Origin: Myxococcota bacterium
GTDB taxonomy: Bacteria; Myxococcota_A; Bradymonadia; UBA7976; UBA1532
Length of the DNA: 64,000 nt
Direction of reading: 5' to 3'
Assembly: GCA_963169045.1 (NCBI GenBank)
Contig: CAUJDF010000041.1
Location: forward strand, 2,872-66,871
This document shows, piece after piece, positions 53,098 through 62,986 of this stretch; position 1 is the stretch's first letter, and every line of letters starts with the position of its first letter. A program made the translations under genes and the position numbers. The notes under the pieces are model-generated. The model worked only from the letters and a program-made list of their open reading frames with translations. It was not told where the DNA came from and made no database searches.

Positions 53098-54000
53098 ATG
53101 TCGCGCACCCGCACGTTCCACGTCCTCAGCGCCGATCCGCAGTGGGCGCGGCCCACGCCGCCGCCCGTCCAGCCGACCCCCGGTCCGACGCCGGCGCCGG
53201 CGATCGACACCGGTCCCCTCGCCCGCGATGAAGCGCTGCTGGCGCACAAGGAGCGGGAGCTCGCGGCGCGCGAGGCCGCGATCGCCCATCAGGAGGTGAA
53301 CGCGCTGGCGGACCAGGCCGGCGTCGAGGGGCGCGTGCGGGCGCTCGAGAAGCGCCTGCGGGCGCTGGTGGCGTCGGGCGTGCCGGGCGCCGCGCCGCTG
53401 GCGGAGACGATGCCACGCCCCGCGCCGCCGCCGAGCATCGCCGAGCGCAAGCGCGCCCTGAACATGCGCCGCGCCGCGCTGGACGCCCGCGAAACCGCCG
53501 CGCGTCGCCGCGAGGAGGCCTGCGGGCTCTTGCGGGCCCACCTCGAGGCCGCCCGCGGCGCGCTCGCCGACGCGGAGCGCCGCCTGGACCTGCTCGAGCG
53601 GTGGCCCGAGGTCGAGCCCGAGCCGACCCCCGCCGGTGACGTCGACCCGCCCCACGACGAGCGCCGCGTCGGTCGCCGCGCGCGCCTCGACTGCCAGGTC
53701 GGCTTCGAGACGCAGGACAACTTCTTCAGCGGCTTCGCGCGGGATCTGTCCGACGGCGGCCTCTTCGTGGCCACCTTCGACACGCTGCCGGTCGGATCGG
53801 CCCTGGACGTGGGGTTCGACCTGCCCGACGGGACGCACGTCGAGGCGCGCGCGCGGGTACGTTGGGTGCGTGAGCTCGTGGAGGCCACGTCGGACGCGTG
53901 GCCGGGCATGGGACTGTGCTTCGAGGACCTGCCGGCCGACGCCGCCACCGCGATCGAGCGCTTCATGTCCGCCCGCGAGCCGATCTTCTTCGCTGATTGA
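53098..54000 (+). CDS. PilZ-domain (c-di-GMP-binding) protein with N-terminal coiled-coil/Pro-rich region
   Basis: C-terminal RRARLDCQVGF...DLSDGGLFVAT matches PilZ RxxxR...D/NxSxGG. Confidence 0.6.
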   Translation: MSRTRTFHVLSADPQWARPTPPPVQPTPGPTPAPAIDTGPLARDEALLAHKERELAAREAAIAHQEVNALADQAGVEGRVRALEKRLRALVASGVPGAAPLAETMPRPAPPPSIAERKRALNMRRAALDARETAARRREEACGLLRAHLEAARGALADAERRLDLLERWPEVEPEPTPAGDVDPPHDERRVGRRARLDCQVGFETQDNFFSGFARDLSDGGLFVATFDTLPVGSALDVGFDLPDGTHVEARARVRWVRELVEATSDAWPGMGLCFEDLPADAATAIERFMSAREPIFFAD

Positions 54001-54040
54001 GGCGTTGACCGGCGCCCGCGCGATCGACACCCTGCGCGCG

Positions 54041-55615
54041 ATGGAGACCTTCGGCATCCCCGGCGCCCCGGACGACGAGCTCCGGCGGTCGCCCGCGGCG
54101 GCGCTCGTCGGGCGGCTGGCGGCGGCCTCGAGCCTGCTGCTCAGCCACTTCGAGCACCGCGTGCACCTGCCGCTGCCGCTGTCGTGGACGGCGTCGGGCC
54201 AGGAGGCGCCCCCCGCGGCCTGGCAGCGGGGGCAGCTGCCCGAGGGCAAGTACGAGCACTTCCGCCACGACAACGCGGTCGGCAGCTTTCACCCGGGCCA
54301 CCGCGCCAAGTGGACGGCGCACGAGCTCTGCCATCGCCTCGTCGGCTTCGCGTGGCACGCCGGGGCGACGACGCTCTTCCACGCGCTGTCGGCGCGCCTC
54401 GCCGAGGTGCTGCCGGTCGCGCTCTGGTACTTCTTCGACGAGATCGGCCTGCGCCGCTGCGACGAACACGCCGGCCAGGGCCCGCTCTTCGGCGCCTTCT
54501 GCGCGGCCTGCGAGGACGCGGCGCGCCGGGGGCCGGTCGCCGCCACCGACGAGGACCGCCGGCGCGCCGAGGGCCGGGCCTTCGTGGAGCGCGAGCTCCT
54601 GGCAGTGCGACGTTCCCGGGAGCTTGGGCGGCCCGTCCCCCACCGCTGGGCGACGCTCGACCTCGCCAGCGACGGCACGGCCTACGCCGCCGCGCACGCG
54701 CCGCGCCTGAGCACGCCCGAGCTCGCCGAGTTCTGCGAGCGCTTCCATGCGCCGTGGGGGCTGTGGCATCGCAGCCTCGACGCGATGGAGGCGCGGGTCG
54801 TCGCGCTCACGGACGCGCTGTGCGGCGGCGCCCCGCCGACGCCCCTGACGGGCACGCGCGACCGCTGGATCGCGCAGGACCTCGGCTGGCGCCTCGTCCA
54901 GGTCCGCGCCGAGACCGAGGGCGAGGCCACCGTGGAGCTCGGACGCCTGATCGAGCGCCTCGCCACCGAGCCGGGGCCCGAGACCTTCGCCGCCGTCGAG
55001 GCCGGCTACCGCGCGCTGTTCGAGGACTGGATCCTGCCCGAGCCGGATGACGTGTTCGCGGTGGGCTACGGCGCGTGGCGTTCGGTTCGTCAGATGCGCG
55101 AGGGCATCGAGTCGGTGTGCCCGGCGGCGCTGAAGCTGCTGGGCGACGGCGAGCTCATCAACGAATTCGTGAAGCAGGACGGGTACTTGCGGCAGCCGCT
55201 CGGCCGGCGATTCGCCGCGTTCCTGGCGGTGCGCGCGCCGGGGCCGGCGGCGCAGGTGGCGGCGCTCGAGGCCGTGCTGGCGCAGCCGCCGGCGCCGGAT
55301 CCGGCGGCGGGGCTGGGCGCCGCCGGGGCGCGCGACGGTCGGCGGCGGTGGGCGGCGGGGCTCGAGCTGCTGCGGGCCGACGTCGACGTGCTGGCGCTCC
55401 TCGAGGCGCTCAACGCCGGGCGGACGCCGCGCCTGCGCCGCCGGCCCGTGAACCTGGTCGTCGGGCGGGCCCACGACGGCGAGGTGGTGCTGGCGGAGGT
55501 GAGCGCCGCGGCGGCGGACGCGCTGGCGGCCGGCGCGGCGCCGGCCCTGCCGTCGGAAGAGCGGGCGTCGCTCGAGAGCCTGGGGCTGGTGCTGCCCGTG
55601 GCCTGGGAGGCGTGA
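54041..55615 (+). CDS. hypothetical protein with HExxH zinc-metallopeptidase-like motif (start uncertain)
   Basis: ~520 aa; WTAHELCHRLVGFAWH; Cys/His cluster CDEHAGQGPLFGAFCAACED; no signal peptide; the N-terminal part of ORF 53636..55615 overlaps the PilZ gene and is rejected. Confidence 0.4.
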   Translation: METFGIPGAPDDELRRSPAAALVGRLAAASSLLLSHFEHRVHLPLPLSWTASGQEAPPAAWQRGQLPEGKYEHFRHDNAVGSFHPGHRAKWTAHELCHRLVGFAWHAGATTLFHALSARLAEVLPVALWYFFDEIGLRRCDEHAGQGPLFGAFCAACEDAARRGPVAATDEDRRRAEGRAFVERELLAVRRSRELGRPVPHRWATLDLASDGTAYAAAHAPRLSTPELAEFCERFHAPWGLWHRSLDAMEARVVALTDALCGGAPPTPLTGTRDRWIAQDLGWRLVQVRAETEGEATVELGRLIERLATEPGPETFAAVEAGYRALFEDWILPEPDDVFAVGYGAWRSVRQMREGIESVCPAALKLLGDGELINEFVKQDGYLRQPLGRRFAAFLAVRAPGPAAQVAALEAVLAQPPAPDPAAGLGAAGARDGRRRWAAGLELLRADVDVLALLEALNAGRTPRLRRRPVNLVVGRAHDGEVVLAEVSAAAADALAAGAAPALPSEERASLESLGLVLPVAWEA

Positions 55616-55622
55616 GCCGGGT

Positions 55623-56207
55623 CTACCGGCGCCAGCGGCGCAGGGCGGCCTCGATGCGATCGGCGGCGCGGTCCAGCAGCAGCTGACGGCCGCGATGGGC
55701 CTCGTCGTTGGCGAGCGCCATGACGTCCTCGAGCAGCAGATCGAGGTCCTCGGGCTCGCCGGACAGGACGATGCCGCGGCGGTGGCGACGCCCGCCGCTC
55801 ACGATGCGCTCCGACGACGGATCGAGCAGCGGGTTGCCTTCGAGCAGGCGGTAGGCCTCCTCGGTGATCACCACCTCGATCTCGTCCTCGTCGGGGCGGC
55901 CCGGCCGCGTCACGTCCCAGGGCGTCCCGCGCCAGTTGCGGATGATGCCGCGGTCCTGGCAGGTGGGGCAGCCCCACTGGATCTCGGCGGGCAGCTCCTG
56001 ACGGCGCACCAGCAGGAAGCCGGTGCACGTCCGGTTGGCGGGGCGCCGGCGGCAGCGCACCGCCGACTCGATGGTGAGGCCCGGATACGTCGCCGTCGCC
56101 GCCGCCGTGATGCGGCCGAGATGGCGCGTCGCCGCCGCCGGCTTCGAGTCGCCCGTCGAGTCGCGGGTGTACTCCGCGCTCAAGTCGGTCTCCCGGGTGC
56201 GACCCAT
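55623..56207 (-). CDS. hypothetical small protein with Cys4 zinc-ribbon-like cluster
   Basis: 194 aa with normal composition (RCRRRPANRTC...WGCPTCQ), preferred over the R/P/A-rich alternative-frame ORF 55090..56292. Confidence 0.35.
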   Translation of the reverse strand: MGRTRETDLSAEYTRDSTGDSKPAAATRHLGRITAAATATYPGLTIESAVRCRRRPANRTCTGFLLVRRQELPAEIQWGCPTCQDRGIIRNWRGTPWDVTRPGRPDEDEIEVVITEEAYRLLEGNPLLDPSSERIVSGGRRHRRGIVLSGEPEDLDLLLEDVMALANDEAHRGRQLLLDRAADRIEAALRRWRR

Positions 56208-56382
56208 GCTCTCCTATCCTCCCCCGCCGCCGGACTTCGGCCGGTCGACGCTGATGACCCGCGAACGCCGCACGCTCACCGTAAACCTTCACTCGGGCTG
56301 AAGGCGCAATTCGCGCCCAGTCTGCCAGCGGCGCAAGTTCTCAACAACAATCGCCGCGGGGCCGCTCCGCAGGCGCTCCCCA

Positions 56383-57456
56383 TCAAAGGCACCCGTAGTG
56401 GTGCAGGGGCTGGCCGCCCTCGCCCATCGGATCCTCGGAGACCGTCCACACACCGGTGCCCTCGGCGTCGTAGGAGACGGCCTCGCCCTGGGGCTCCGTC
56501 AAGGGGCCGACCGCCACGGTGCGCGGCTCGAGGTCGCCGAGATCGGCCAGCGACTGCCCCGGACCGAGCCGGAACTCGTACGTGCCGGTGTAGACGCGCA
56601 CGAGCAGGCGCTCGCCGGAGTCGTGCAGGTCGGCCCCCGTGATCATGCGGCCCTTCGGCACCGAGAAGCCGGGCGAATCGAGCGTCGCGACCAGCTCGAG
56701 CTCCACGCGGCGGTCGTGGACCATCGGCCCGGGGTGACGCCAGACGCGCGCCCGCGGTCCGTCGACCTTCTCGAAGACCCAGAACGACTTCCCGTCGGGG
56801 GCGACGGCGATGGCCTCGGAGTCGACGACCTCCTCGCCGGGGTACCGGAACGGCAGCTTGCGGACCGGCCCGGACGCGCGCACGCCGAACGGACCGTCGA
56901 CCGCCGGCTCCGGGACGACGTAGACCGAGACGGTCTTCCGGTCGCCGTTGTTGGTGCCGGTGTCGGCGAGCCAGAGGCAATCCCCCTGGCCGTTCGGGCA
57001 GGCGGCGAGGTCGACGTCCTCGGTGTCCTCGGTCTGGACGTCGTCGAAGGTGACGACGCCGAGGGCGCTGCCGTCCGTCCGCGCGGCGAAGACGCGCGCC
57101 TGGTTGTCGTTGTTCATCCAGAGCACGCCGGGGGACGTGCGCGAGGGCGCGATGCCCGAGACCTCGACCAGCGCGCGCTCGGCGAGGTGCCCCGTCGTCT
57201 CCGGGGCGCCGTAGCTGCCTTCGCAGAGACCCTCCGGCGCGCCGCCGTCGTCGTCGGCGCCCATGTCGCCGGGCGCGGCGGCGTCAGCGTGGGCGTCGGC
57301 CCCGACCGCGCCGTCGTCGGCCCCGACCGCGCCGTCGTCGGCCGGCCCGGCGTCGGGGACGTGCGCGTCGGCGTGGTCGCGAGCGCTGCCGGATCCCCCA
57401 CCGCAACCGGTGGCGACGAGGGCGATGATCAGGGCGAGGTGGGTGCCAGACGACAT
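56383..57456 (-). CDS. hypothetical secreted lipoprotein (predicted beta-rich domain)
   Basis: Start MSSGTHLALIIALVATGCGGGSGS (lipobox); Asp/Ala-rich DDGAVGADDGAVGAD linker. Confidence 0.5.
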   Translation of the reverse strand: MSSGTHLALIIALVATGCGGGSGSARDHADAHVPDAGPADDGAVGADDGAVGADAHADAAAPGDMGADDDGGAPEGLCEGSYGAPETTGHLAERALVEVSGIAPSRTSPGVLWMNNDNQARVFAARTDGSALGVVTFDDVQTEDTEDVDLAACPNGQGDCLWLADTGTNNGDRKTVSVYVVPEPAVDGPFGVRASGPVRKLPFRYPGEEVVDSEAIAVAPDGKSFWVFEKVDGPRARVWRHPGPMVHDRRVELELVATLDSPGFSVPKGRMITGADLHDSGERLLVRVYTGTYEFRLGPGQSLADLGDLEPRTVAVGPLTEPQGEAVSYDAEGTGVWTVSEDPMGEGGQPLHHYGCL

Positions 57457-57592
57457 CGGCGGCGAGGATAAGGGAAGCGGCGGCGCAGAAGCGAGCCCCG
57501 CGCGTCGACGACGTCGGGCGTGACTCCGGCGGCCCGAGTTGCCATGCTGTGGCCCTCTCTGGCCCGAGGGGGCTTTCGTGACGAGGGGTACG

Positions 57593-58969
57593 ATGCTGGC
57601 GCTCGTGCTGGCCGCGCCGGCGGTGGCCGGCGCGCAGGGCGACGGTGACACGGTGGCGGCGCGGCCCGACGAGGGGCGCTTCTGGCTCGGCTCGTACGGG
57701 CGCGCCGTCGCCTCGAGCGACCTCGACGGCGGCCGCGGCCGCCCCAGCCAGGTGGTCGCGTTCGGTCCGCGCCTGACCGAGGGGAGCTACGTCGAGCTCG
57801 ACCTCGGCTTCCGTGCCCTGCGCGACGAGGTGGCGCACGTCGACGCCGTCGTCACCTTCGCGTTCGCCGACGAGCTCTTCCACGCGACCGGCGAGTTCGA
57901 CTCGCGGATCGCGCTACGGCAGGCCTACGTCGAGGCCCGGGACATCGAAGGCAGCGGCGCGTTCGTCTGGGCCGGGAGCCGCATGTACCGCGGCGACACC
58001 ATCTACCTGTTCGACTTCTGGCCGCTCGACGAGCTGAATACGGTCGGCGGCGGCGCCGGCGTGCGGGGCGACGACTGGGAAGTCGCCCTGCAAGGGGGCC
58101 TCAACCGCCTCGAGGACGGCTTCCAGGTGCAGCGCGTGCCGGTGCCGGCGCCCGACACGTTCGCCGAGGAGGTGCTGTTCCTCGACCGCCAGCGCGCGGT
58201 CTTCAGCCTGAAGGGCGAGCGCCGGTTCGGCGGCCGTGGCGACGCGCCCGGCTTCAAGGTGCGGCTGTACGGCGAGGGCCACCATCTCCCCTCGGGCCGC
58301 CGCGCGCTGCCCGGCAGCTTCACCGAGACCGAGCCCCTGCCCGACGACCAGGGCTTGCTCGCGGGCGCGCAGCTCGGCGCCTGGAACCTCGACCCGGCGC
58401 AGTTCGTGAACCTCTGGTTGTCGATGGCGACCGGCCTCGCCGCCTACGGCGAGTTCCAGACGCCCACCGGCCTGAACGCGGACCGGCGCACCGTCGACGC
58501 CCGCGAGTACCGGATCGCGTTCGACACCAACCTGCAGACCGGCGACCTCGCGGTCCTCCTGGCGGGCTGGGCGCGGGTCTTCACCGACGCCGACGGCGAG
58601 GACGAGGACTTCGACGACCGCGTCGAGGGCGCCGTCGCCGTGCGTCCCACGTACTTCGTGAACCGCTGGTTCACCCCGGCGGTCGAGGCGTCGTACCAGA
58701 TCTCGCGCCCCAACGGCCTGAACCCGCGCACGCTGAACCAGGACGCGGCGACGGTGACCCAGATCGGGTTCGTCCCCGCGTTCACGTTCTCCGAGGCGCC
58801 GAAGGGGCCCTTCGCGCGGCCGCAGATCCGCCTGATCTATGCCGTTTCGCTCATGAACGACGCGGCGCTGGCGCTGTACCCGGCCGACGACCCGCGGGCG
58901 GGCCAGGACACCGTGCACTTCCTCGGCGTCGGCGCCGAGTGGTGGTTCGGTCGCGGAGGCGCCTATTAG
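57593..58969 (+). CDS. putative carbohydrate-selective outer-membrane porin (maltoporin/OprB-like beta-barrel)
   Basis: Start MLALVLAAPAVAGAQG signal peptide (GAGGGG RBS); C-terminal aromatic EWWF...GAY; directly upstream of two GH13 genes. Confidence 0.4.
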   Translation: MLALVLAAPAVAGAQGDGDTVAARPDEGRFWLGSYGRAVASSDLDGGRGRPSQVVAFGPRLTEGSYVELDLGFRALRDEVAHVDAVVTFAFADELFHATGEFDSRIALRQAYVEARDIEGSGAFVWAGSRMYRGDTIYLFDFWPLDELNTVGGGAGVRGDDWEVALQGGLNRLEDGFQVQRVPVPAPDTFAEEVLFLDRQRAVFSLKGERRFGGRGDAPGFKVRLYGEGHHLPSGRRALPGSFTETEPLPDDQGLLAGAQLGAWNLDPAQFVNLWLSMATGLAAYGEFQTPTGLNADRRTVDAREYRIAFDTNLQTGDLAVLLAGWARVFTDADGEDEDFDDRVEGAVAVRPTYFVNRWFTPAVEASYQISRPNGLNPRTLNQDAATVTQIGFVPAFTFSEAPKGPFARPQIRLIYAVSLMNDAALALYPADDPRAGQDTVHFLGVGAEWWFGRGGAY

Positions 58970-59051
58970 TTGGCACCCGCACTCGACCTCCGGGTCGAGT
59001 GCGCTCGCTTCGGGCGAGTGAATCGCCCTTCGCTCGAGAGGGCAACGACCC

Positions 59052-60899
59052 ATGTGGAAGTGGTTCTCGGCCCTGTTGCTCGCGGGGTGCGTGACCGTCG
59101 ACCCCGACATGGCCATCACCGACAACGTGGCCGACTGGCGCGACGAGATCATCTACCAGGTGGTCGTCGACCGGTTCGAGGACGGGGATCCCAACAACAA
59201 CTGGAACGTCGACTACCGCAAGGAGGCGGCGTACCACGGCGGCGACTGGCAGGGCCTGATCGACCGCCTCGACTACATCGAGGCGCTGGGCGTCACCGCC
59301 CTGTGGATCAGCCCGGTGGTGCGCAACGTGGAGTCGGACGCCGGCTTCGCCAGCTACCACGGCTACTGGACGCAGAGCTTCGTCGACGTGAACCTGCACT
59401 TCGGGTCGCTCGAGAAGCTGCGCGAGCTCGTCCGCGAGTGCCACGCGCGCGGCATCAAGGTGATCCTCGACGTGGTCGTCAACCACGTGGGGCAGCTCTT
59501 CTACTACGACATCAACCGCAACGGTCAGCCCGACATCGTGTTCTACGGCGGCGGCGGCGCCGGTCCCGGCAGCCAGAACCAGGACCAGCCCTCGCCGCTC
59601 AAGCGCGCGAGCGAGTGGGACCCCGAGTTCGACAGCCGCGGCGTCCAGGGCTTCACGTCGCTCGGCGAGAACGGCCTCGCGCCGATCGTCTGGGTGGAGG
59701 AGCCGGCGATCAACCGCGTGCCCCCCTCGCCCGCCGAGTTCAAGAACCCGCTCTGGTACAACCGCAAGGGCCGCGTCACGGCCTGGGAGAACCCGCAGGG
59801 GCTCGGTTGGGAGCAGCTCCGCCGGCAGGAGATGCTCGGAGACTTCCCCGGCGGCCTCAAGGACCTCGACACGACGCGCGACGACGTGCGGGCGGCGTTG
59901 ATCCGGGCCTTCCAGTACTGGATCGAGGCCGCCGACTTCGACGGCTTCCGCATCGACACCCTGAAGCACGTCGAGCCCGGGTTCTTCGAGGTGTTCGCCC
60001 CGGCGATGCGCAAGTACGCGGCTTCGCTCGGGAAGAAGAACTTCTTCATGTTCGGCGAGGCGTTCGACGGCAACGACTGGCTGCTCGGCAGCTACACGCA
60101 CGGCGAGGGCGTCGACTCGGTCTTCTACTTCTCCGCGAAGTACCAGGTGTTCGACGACGTGTTCGGCCGCGGCGCGCCCACGAGCAAGGTCCGCGAGCTG
60201 TTCGAGGGCCGCGCGAAGGCCGACGACCAGGGGTGGATGGCCGAGGACGACCCGTCGCGGCCCCGTTACGGCGACCGGCCGAAGACGGACGGCCTGGTCG
60301 GCGCCGACGGCGAGCGCCTGACGCCGCAGCAGACGCTCGTGCACTTCATGGACAACCACGACGTGCCGCGCTGGCTGTCGACGTTCCCCGACGTGCGCAA
60401 GCTGCGCAACGCGCTCGTCTACCTGTTCACGTTCGACGGCATCCCCTGCCTGTACTACGGCACCGAGCAGGACTTCCGCGGCGGCCCGGATCCGTCCAAC
60501 CGCGAGGACATGTGGCAGTCCGGCTTCCGGACCGACGGCGAGACGTTCCGCCACGTGCAGAAACTGGTCGAAATCCGCAAGAAGTACGCGGCCTTGCGAA
60601 GGGGCGACGTCGAGATCCGCTGGGCGACGGACCACACCGGCGAGGAGCCGGACGCGGGCCTGCTCGCCTTCGAGCGCGTGTACGGCCGGGAGCGCGCGCT
60701 CGTCCTCATCAACACGCACGACACACGGACGACGCGGACGCGCGGCGACGACGTGATGCGCACCGGCTTCACGGCGGGCGCGCGGGTCGTCGACGTGCTC
60801 AACGACGGCGCCAGTTTCACGATCGGCGCCGACGGGGCGCTCGACGTGACCGTCCCCGCGCGCGGGGCGCGCATCCTGGTGTCCGCCGGCGGCGAATGA
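59052..60899 (+). CDS. GH13 alpha-amylase family lipoprotein
   Basis: Lipobox LLLAGC; GH13 regions DVVVNHV, GFRIDTLKHV, FMFGEAFDG, FMDNHDVPR. Confidence 0.8.
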   Translation: MWKWFSALLLAGCVTVDPDMAITDNVADWRDEIIYQVVVDRFEDGDPNNNWNVDYRKEAAYHGGDWQGLIDRLDYIEALGVTALWISPVVRNVESDAGFASYHGYWTQSFVDVNLHFGSLEKLRELVRECHARGIKVILDVVVNHVGQLFYYDINRNGQPDIVFYGGGGAGPGSQNQDQPSPLKRASEWDPEFDSRGVQGFTSLGENGLAPIVWVEEPAINRVPPSPAEFKNPLWYNRKGRVTAWENPQGLGWEQLRRQEMLGDFPGGLKDLDTTRDDVRAALIRAFQYWIEAADFDGFRIDTLKHVEPGFFEVFAPAMRKYAASLGKKNFFMFGEAFDGNDWLLGSYTHGEGVDSVFYFSAKYQVFDDVFGRGAPTSKVRELFEGRAKADDQGWMAEDDPSRPRYGDRPKTDGLVGADGERLTPQQTLVHFMDNHDVPRWLSTFPDVRKLRNALVYLFTFDGIPCLYYGTEQDFRGGPDPSNREDMWQSGFRTDGETFRHVQKLVEIRKKYAALRRGDVEIRWATDHTGEEPDAGLLAFERVYGRERALVLINTHDTRTTRTRGDDVMRTGFTAGARVVDVLNDGASFTIGADGALDVTVPARGARILVSAGGE

Positions 60900-62986
60900 G
60901 GCGCTGGCTCGCCGCGCTGCTGATCGCCGGATGCGCCCAGGACCCGGCGGGCTACGCGCCGGCCCTGCGCGACTGCCGGCTGCACGTGGCGCTCGAGCCG
61001 CGCGGCGAGCCCGCCGCGGTCGGGCTCGTCGGCGACTTCGGCCGCCATCCCCTGCACCGCGACGACGACGGCGTGTGGCGCGGCGCGCTGGCGCTGCCGC
61101 CGGGCCGCACGCTGTACCGCATCGAGGTGGACGGGCGGCGCCTGCTCGACGAGGGCAACCCGCTGACGGCCGTGCGTGACGGCGAGACGTGGTCCGTGTT
61201 CTACGCGGAGGACTGCCGGGCGCCCTCTTTTCGCGCCGCCACGCTCGACGTCGGGCCGCGCTCGCTCGCCGCGTGGCTCGTGCTCGAGCGCGTGGACGAG
61301 GGCCTGTCCCCGCCGAGCGTCCGGGTGACGGTGGACGGCCGGGCCGTGCCGTTCGAGGCCGACGCGGACGGCGTCCGGCTCGCGATCGCGGGCCTCGCCG
61401 TGGGCAAGCACCACCTGCGGGTCACCGGGAGCGACGCGCGTGGCCGCGCCGCCGAGCCCTTCACCGCGCCGTTCTGGGTCGAGCCCGGCGGCGAGCGCTT
61501 CACCTGGGAGGACGCCCTCGTCTACCAGGTCGTCCTCGACCGCTTCGCCGGGGACGCCCCGTTCACGCCGGCCGAGCGCCTGCGCCCGCCGGGCCTGCGC
61601 GCTGGCGGCCATCTGCGCGGCCTGTTGCGCGTGCTCGAGAGCGGCTACTTCGAGCGCCTCGGCGTGAACGTGCTTTGGATCTCGCCGCTGAACCGCAACC
61701 CGGACGGCGTCTTCCCGGGCGTCGAGGGCGGCGCGCCGCGCTACGAGGGCTACCACGGCTACTGGCCGGTGGCCGGGCGCGAGGTGGAGCCGCGCTTCGG
61801 CACCGAGGCCGACGTCGAGGCCCTGGTCCAGGCGGCGCACGCCCGCGGCATCCGCGTGCTGATGGACGTCGTGCTGAACCACGTCCACGCCGAGCACCCG
61901 CTGCCCGACGAGCACCCCGACTGGTTCAACCCGCCCTGCGTCTGCGGGACGCCCGCCTGCCCCTGGTGGAGCCACATCGAGACGTGCTGGTTCACGCCGT
62001 ATCTCGCCGACCTCTCCTTCGACCGCCCCGAGATCGCCGAGGCCCAGGTCGACGACGCGCTTTGGTGGATGGAGCGGTTCGACCTCGACGGGCTGCGCGT
62101 CGACGCCGTGCCGATGATGCCGCGCAGCGTGACGCGCCTGCTCACCCACCGCGTGCACCGGCGCTTCGAGGGCCTGCGGGCGCGGCACTTCCTGCTCGGC
62201 GAGACGTTCACCGGGCCCGAAGGTCACCCGCTCATTCGCTGGTACCTCGGGCCGGACGGGCTCGACGGCCAATTCGACTTCCCGCTGATGTGGGCGCTGC
62301 GGGGCGTCTTCGCGTGGGAGTCGGCGCCGATGTGGACGCTGGACGACGTGGTGGCGGCGAGCCGGGAGGCGTGGGCCGGGAGCACGGCGGTGATGGGCGT
62401 GTTCGTCGGGAACCACGACGTGACGCGCTTCCTGAGCGAGGCGGCCGGCCAGCCGACGGGCGCGCCCTGGGACGCGCCGCCCCCGGTGCCCGACGATCCG
62501 CGGGCCTACGACCGCATGGCGCTCGCGCAGGCGTTCGTGCTCACGGCGCCGGGGGCGCCCATCCTCTACTACGGCGACGAGCTCGGGATGCCGGGCGCCG
62601 GCGATCCGGACAACCGTCGGCCCATGCGGTTCGGCAGCGAGCGGAGCCCGCGCGAGGCGGCGCTGCAGTCGACGGTCGAGCGGCTCGGACGCCTGCGGCG
62701 CTGCCTGCCGGCGCTGCGGCGCGGCGATTGGGAGACCCTGCGGGTCGAGGCGGACCGCTACGTCTTTCGCCGCGACGCCGGCGACGGTGCGCCGGCGATC
62801 GTGGTGCTCAATCGAGGGGTCGCGGCCGAGGTTGCCGTCCCGATCGACGCGGGGCCGCTCGTCGACGTGTTGTCCGGGACGCGCGCCGTGGCCGATGATG
62901 CCGGCGTCTTGCGGCTGAGCGTCGGGCCGCGGTCGCCGGCGGTGTTCGTCCCGGCGGGGCATGCGTGCGCGGGAGGGGCGCCATGA
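60896..62986 (+). CDS. GH13-family alpha-glucan hydrolase lipoprotein with ~230-aa N-terminal accessory domain
   Basis: Start MRRWLAALLIAGCAQDP (ATGA overlap); DVVLNHV, GLRVDAVPM (KH of region II replaced), FLLGETFTG, FVGNHDVTR. The 58970..62986 track ORF is a read-through artefact. Confidence 0.7.
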   Translation: MRRWLAALLIAGCAQDPAGYAPALRDCRLHVALEPRGEPAAVGLVGDFGRHPLHRDDDGVWRGALALPPGRTLYRIEVDGRRLLDEGNPLTAVRDGETWSVFYAEDCRAPSFRAATLDVGPRSLAAWLVLERVDEGLSPPSVRVTVDGRAVPFEADADGVRLAIAGLAVGKHHLRVTGSDARGRAAEPFTAPFWVEPGGERFTWEDALVYQVVLDRFAGDAPFTPAERLRPPGLRAGGHLRGLLRVLESGYFERLGVNVLWISPLNRNPDGVFPGVEGGAPRYEGYHGYWPVAGREVEPRFGTEADVEALVQAAHARGIRVLMDVVLNHVHAEHPLPDEHPDWFNPPCVCGTPACPWWSHIETCWFTPYLADLSFDRPEIAEAQVDDALWWMERFDLDGLRVDAVPMMPRSVTRLLTHRVHRRFEGLRARHFLLGETFTGPEGHPLIRWYLGPDGLDGQFDFPLMWALRGVFAWESAPMWTLDDVVAASREAWAGSTAVMGVFVGNHDVTRFLSEAAGQPTGAPWDAPPPVPDDPRAYDRMALAQAFVLTAPGAPILYYGDELGMPGAGDPDNRRPMRFGSERSPREAALQSTVERLGRLRRCLPALRRGDWETLRVEADRYVFRRDAGDGAPAIVVLNRGVAAEVAVPIDAGPLVDVLSGTRAVADDAGVLRLSVGPRSPAVFVPAGHACAGGAP

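Noticed and set aside
53636-54040. Upstream extension of the HExxH ORF (track start 53636)
   Set aside because: Overlaps the PilZ gene in another frame with Ser/Thr/Arg-rich junk; real start must lie after the PilZ stop (~54000)
55090-56292. 400-aa minus-strand ORF
   Set aside because: R/P/A/G low-complexity alternative frame; the co-located 194-aa frame (55623..56207) has normal residue composition
58970-60895. N-terminal part of 1338-aa ORF 58970..62986
   Set aside because: Stop-free alternative frame running through the porin and amylase-1 genes; real gene begins at 60896 with a lipoprotein signal peptide
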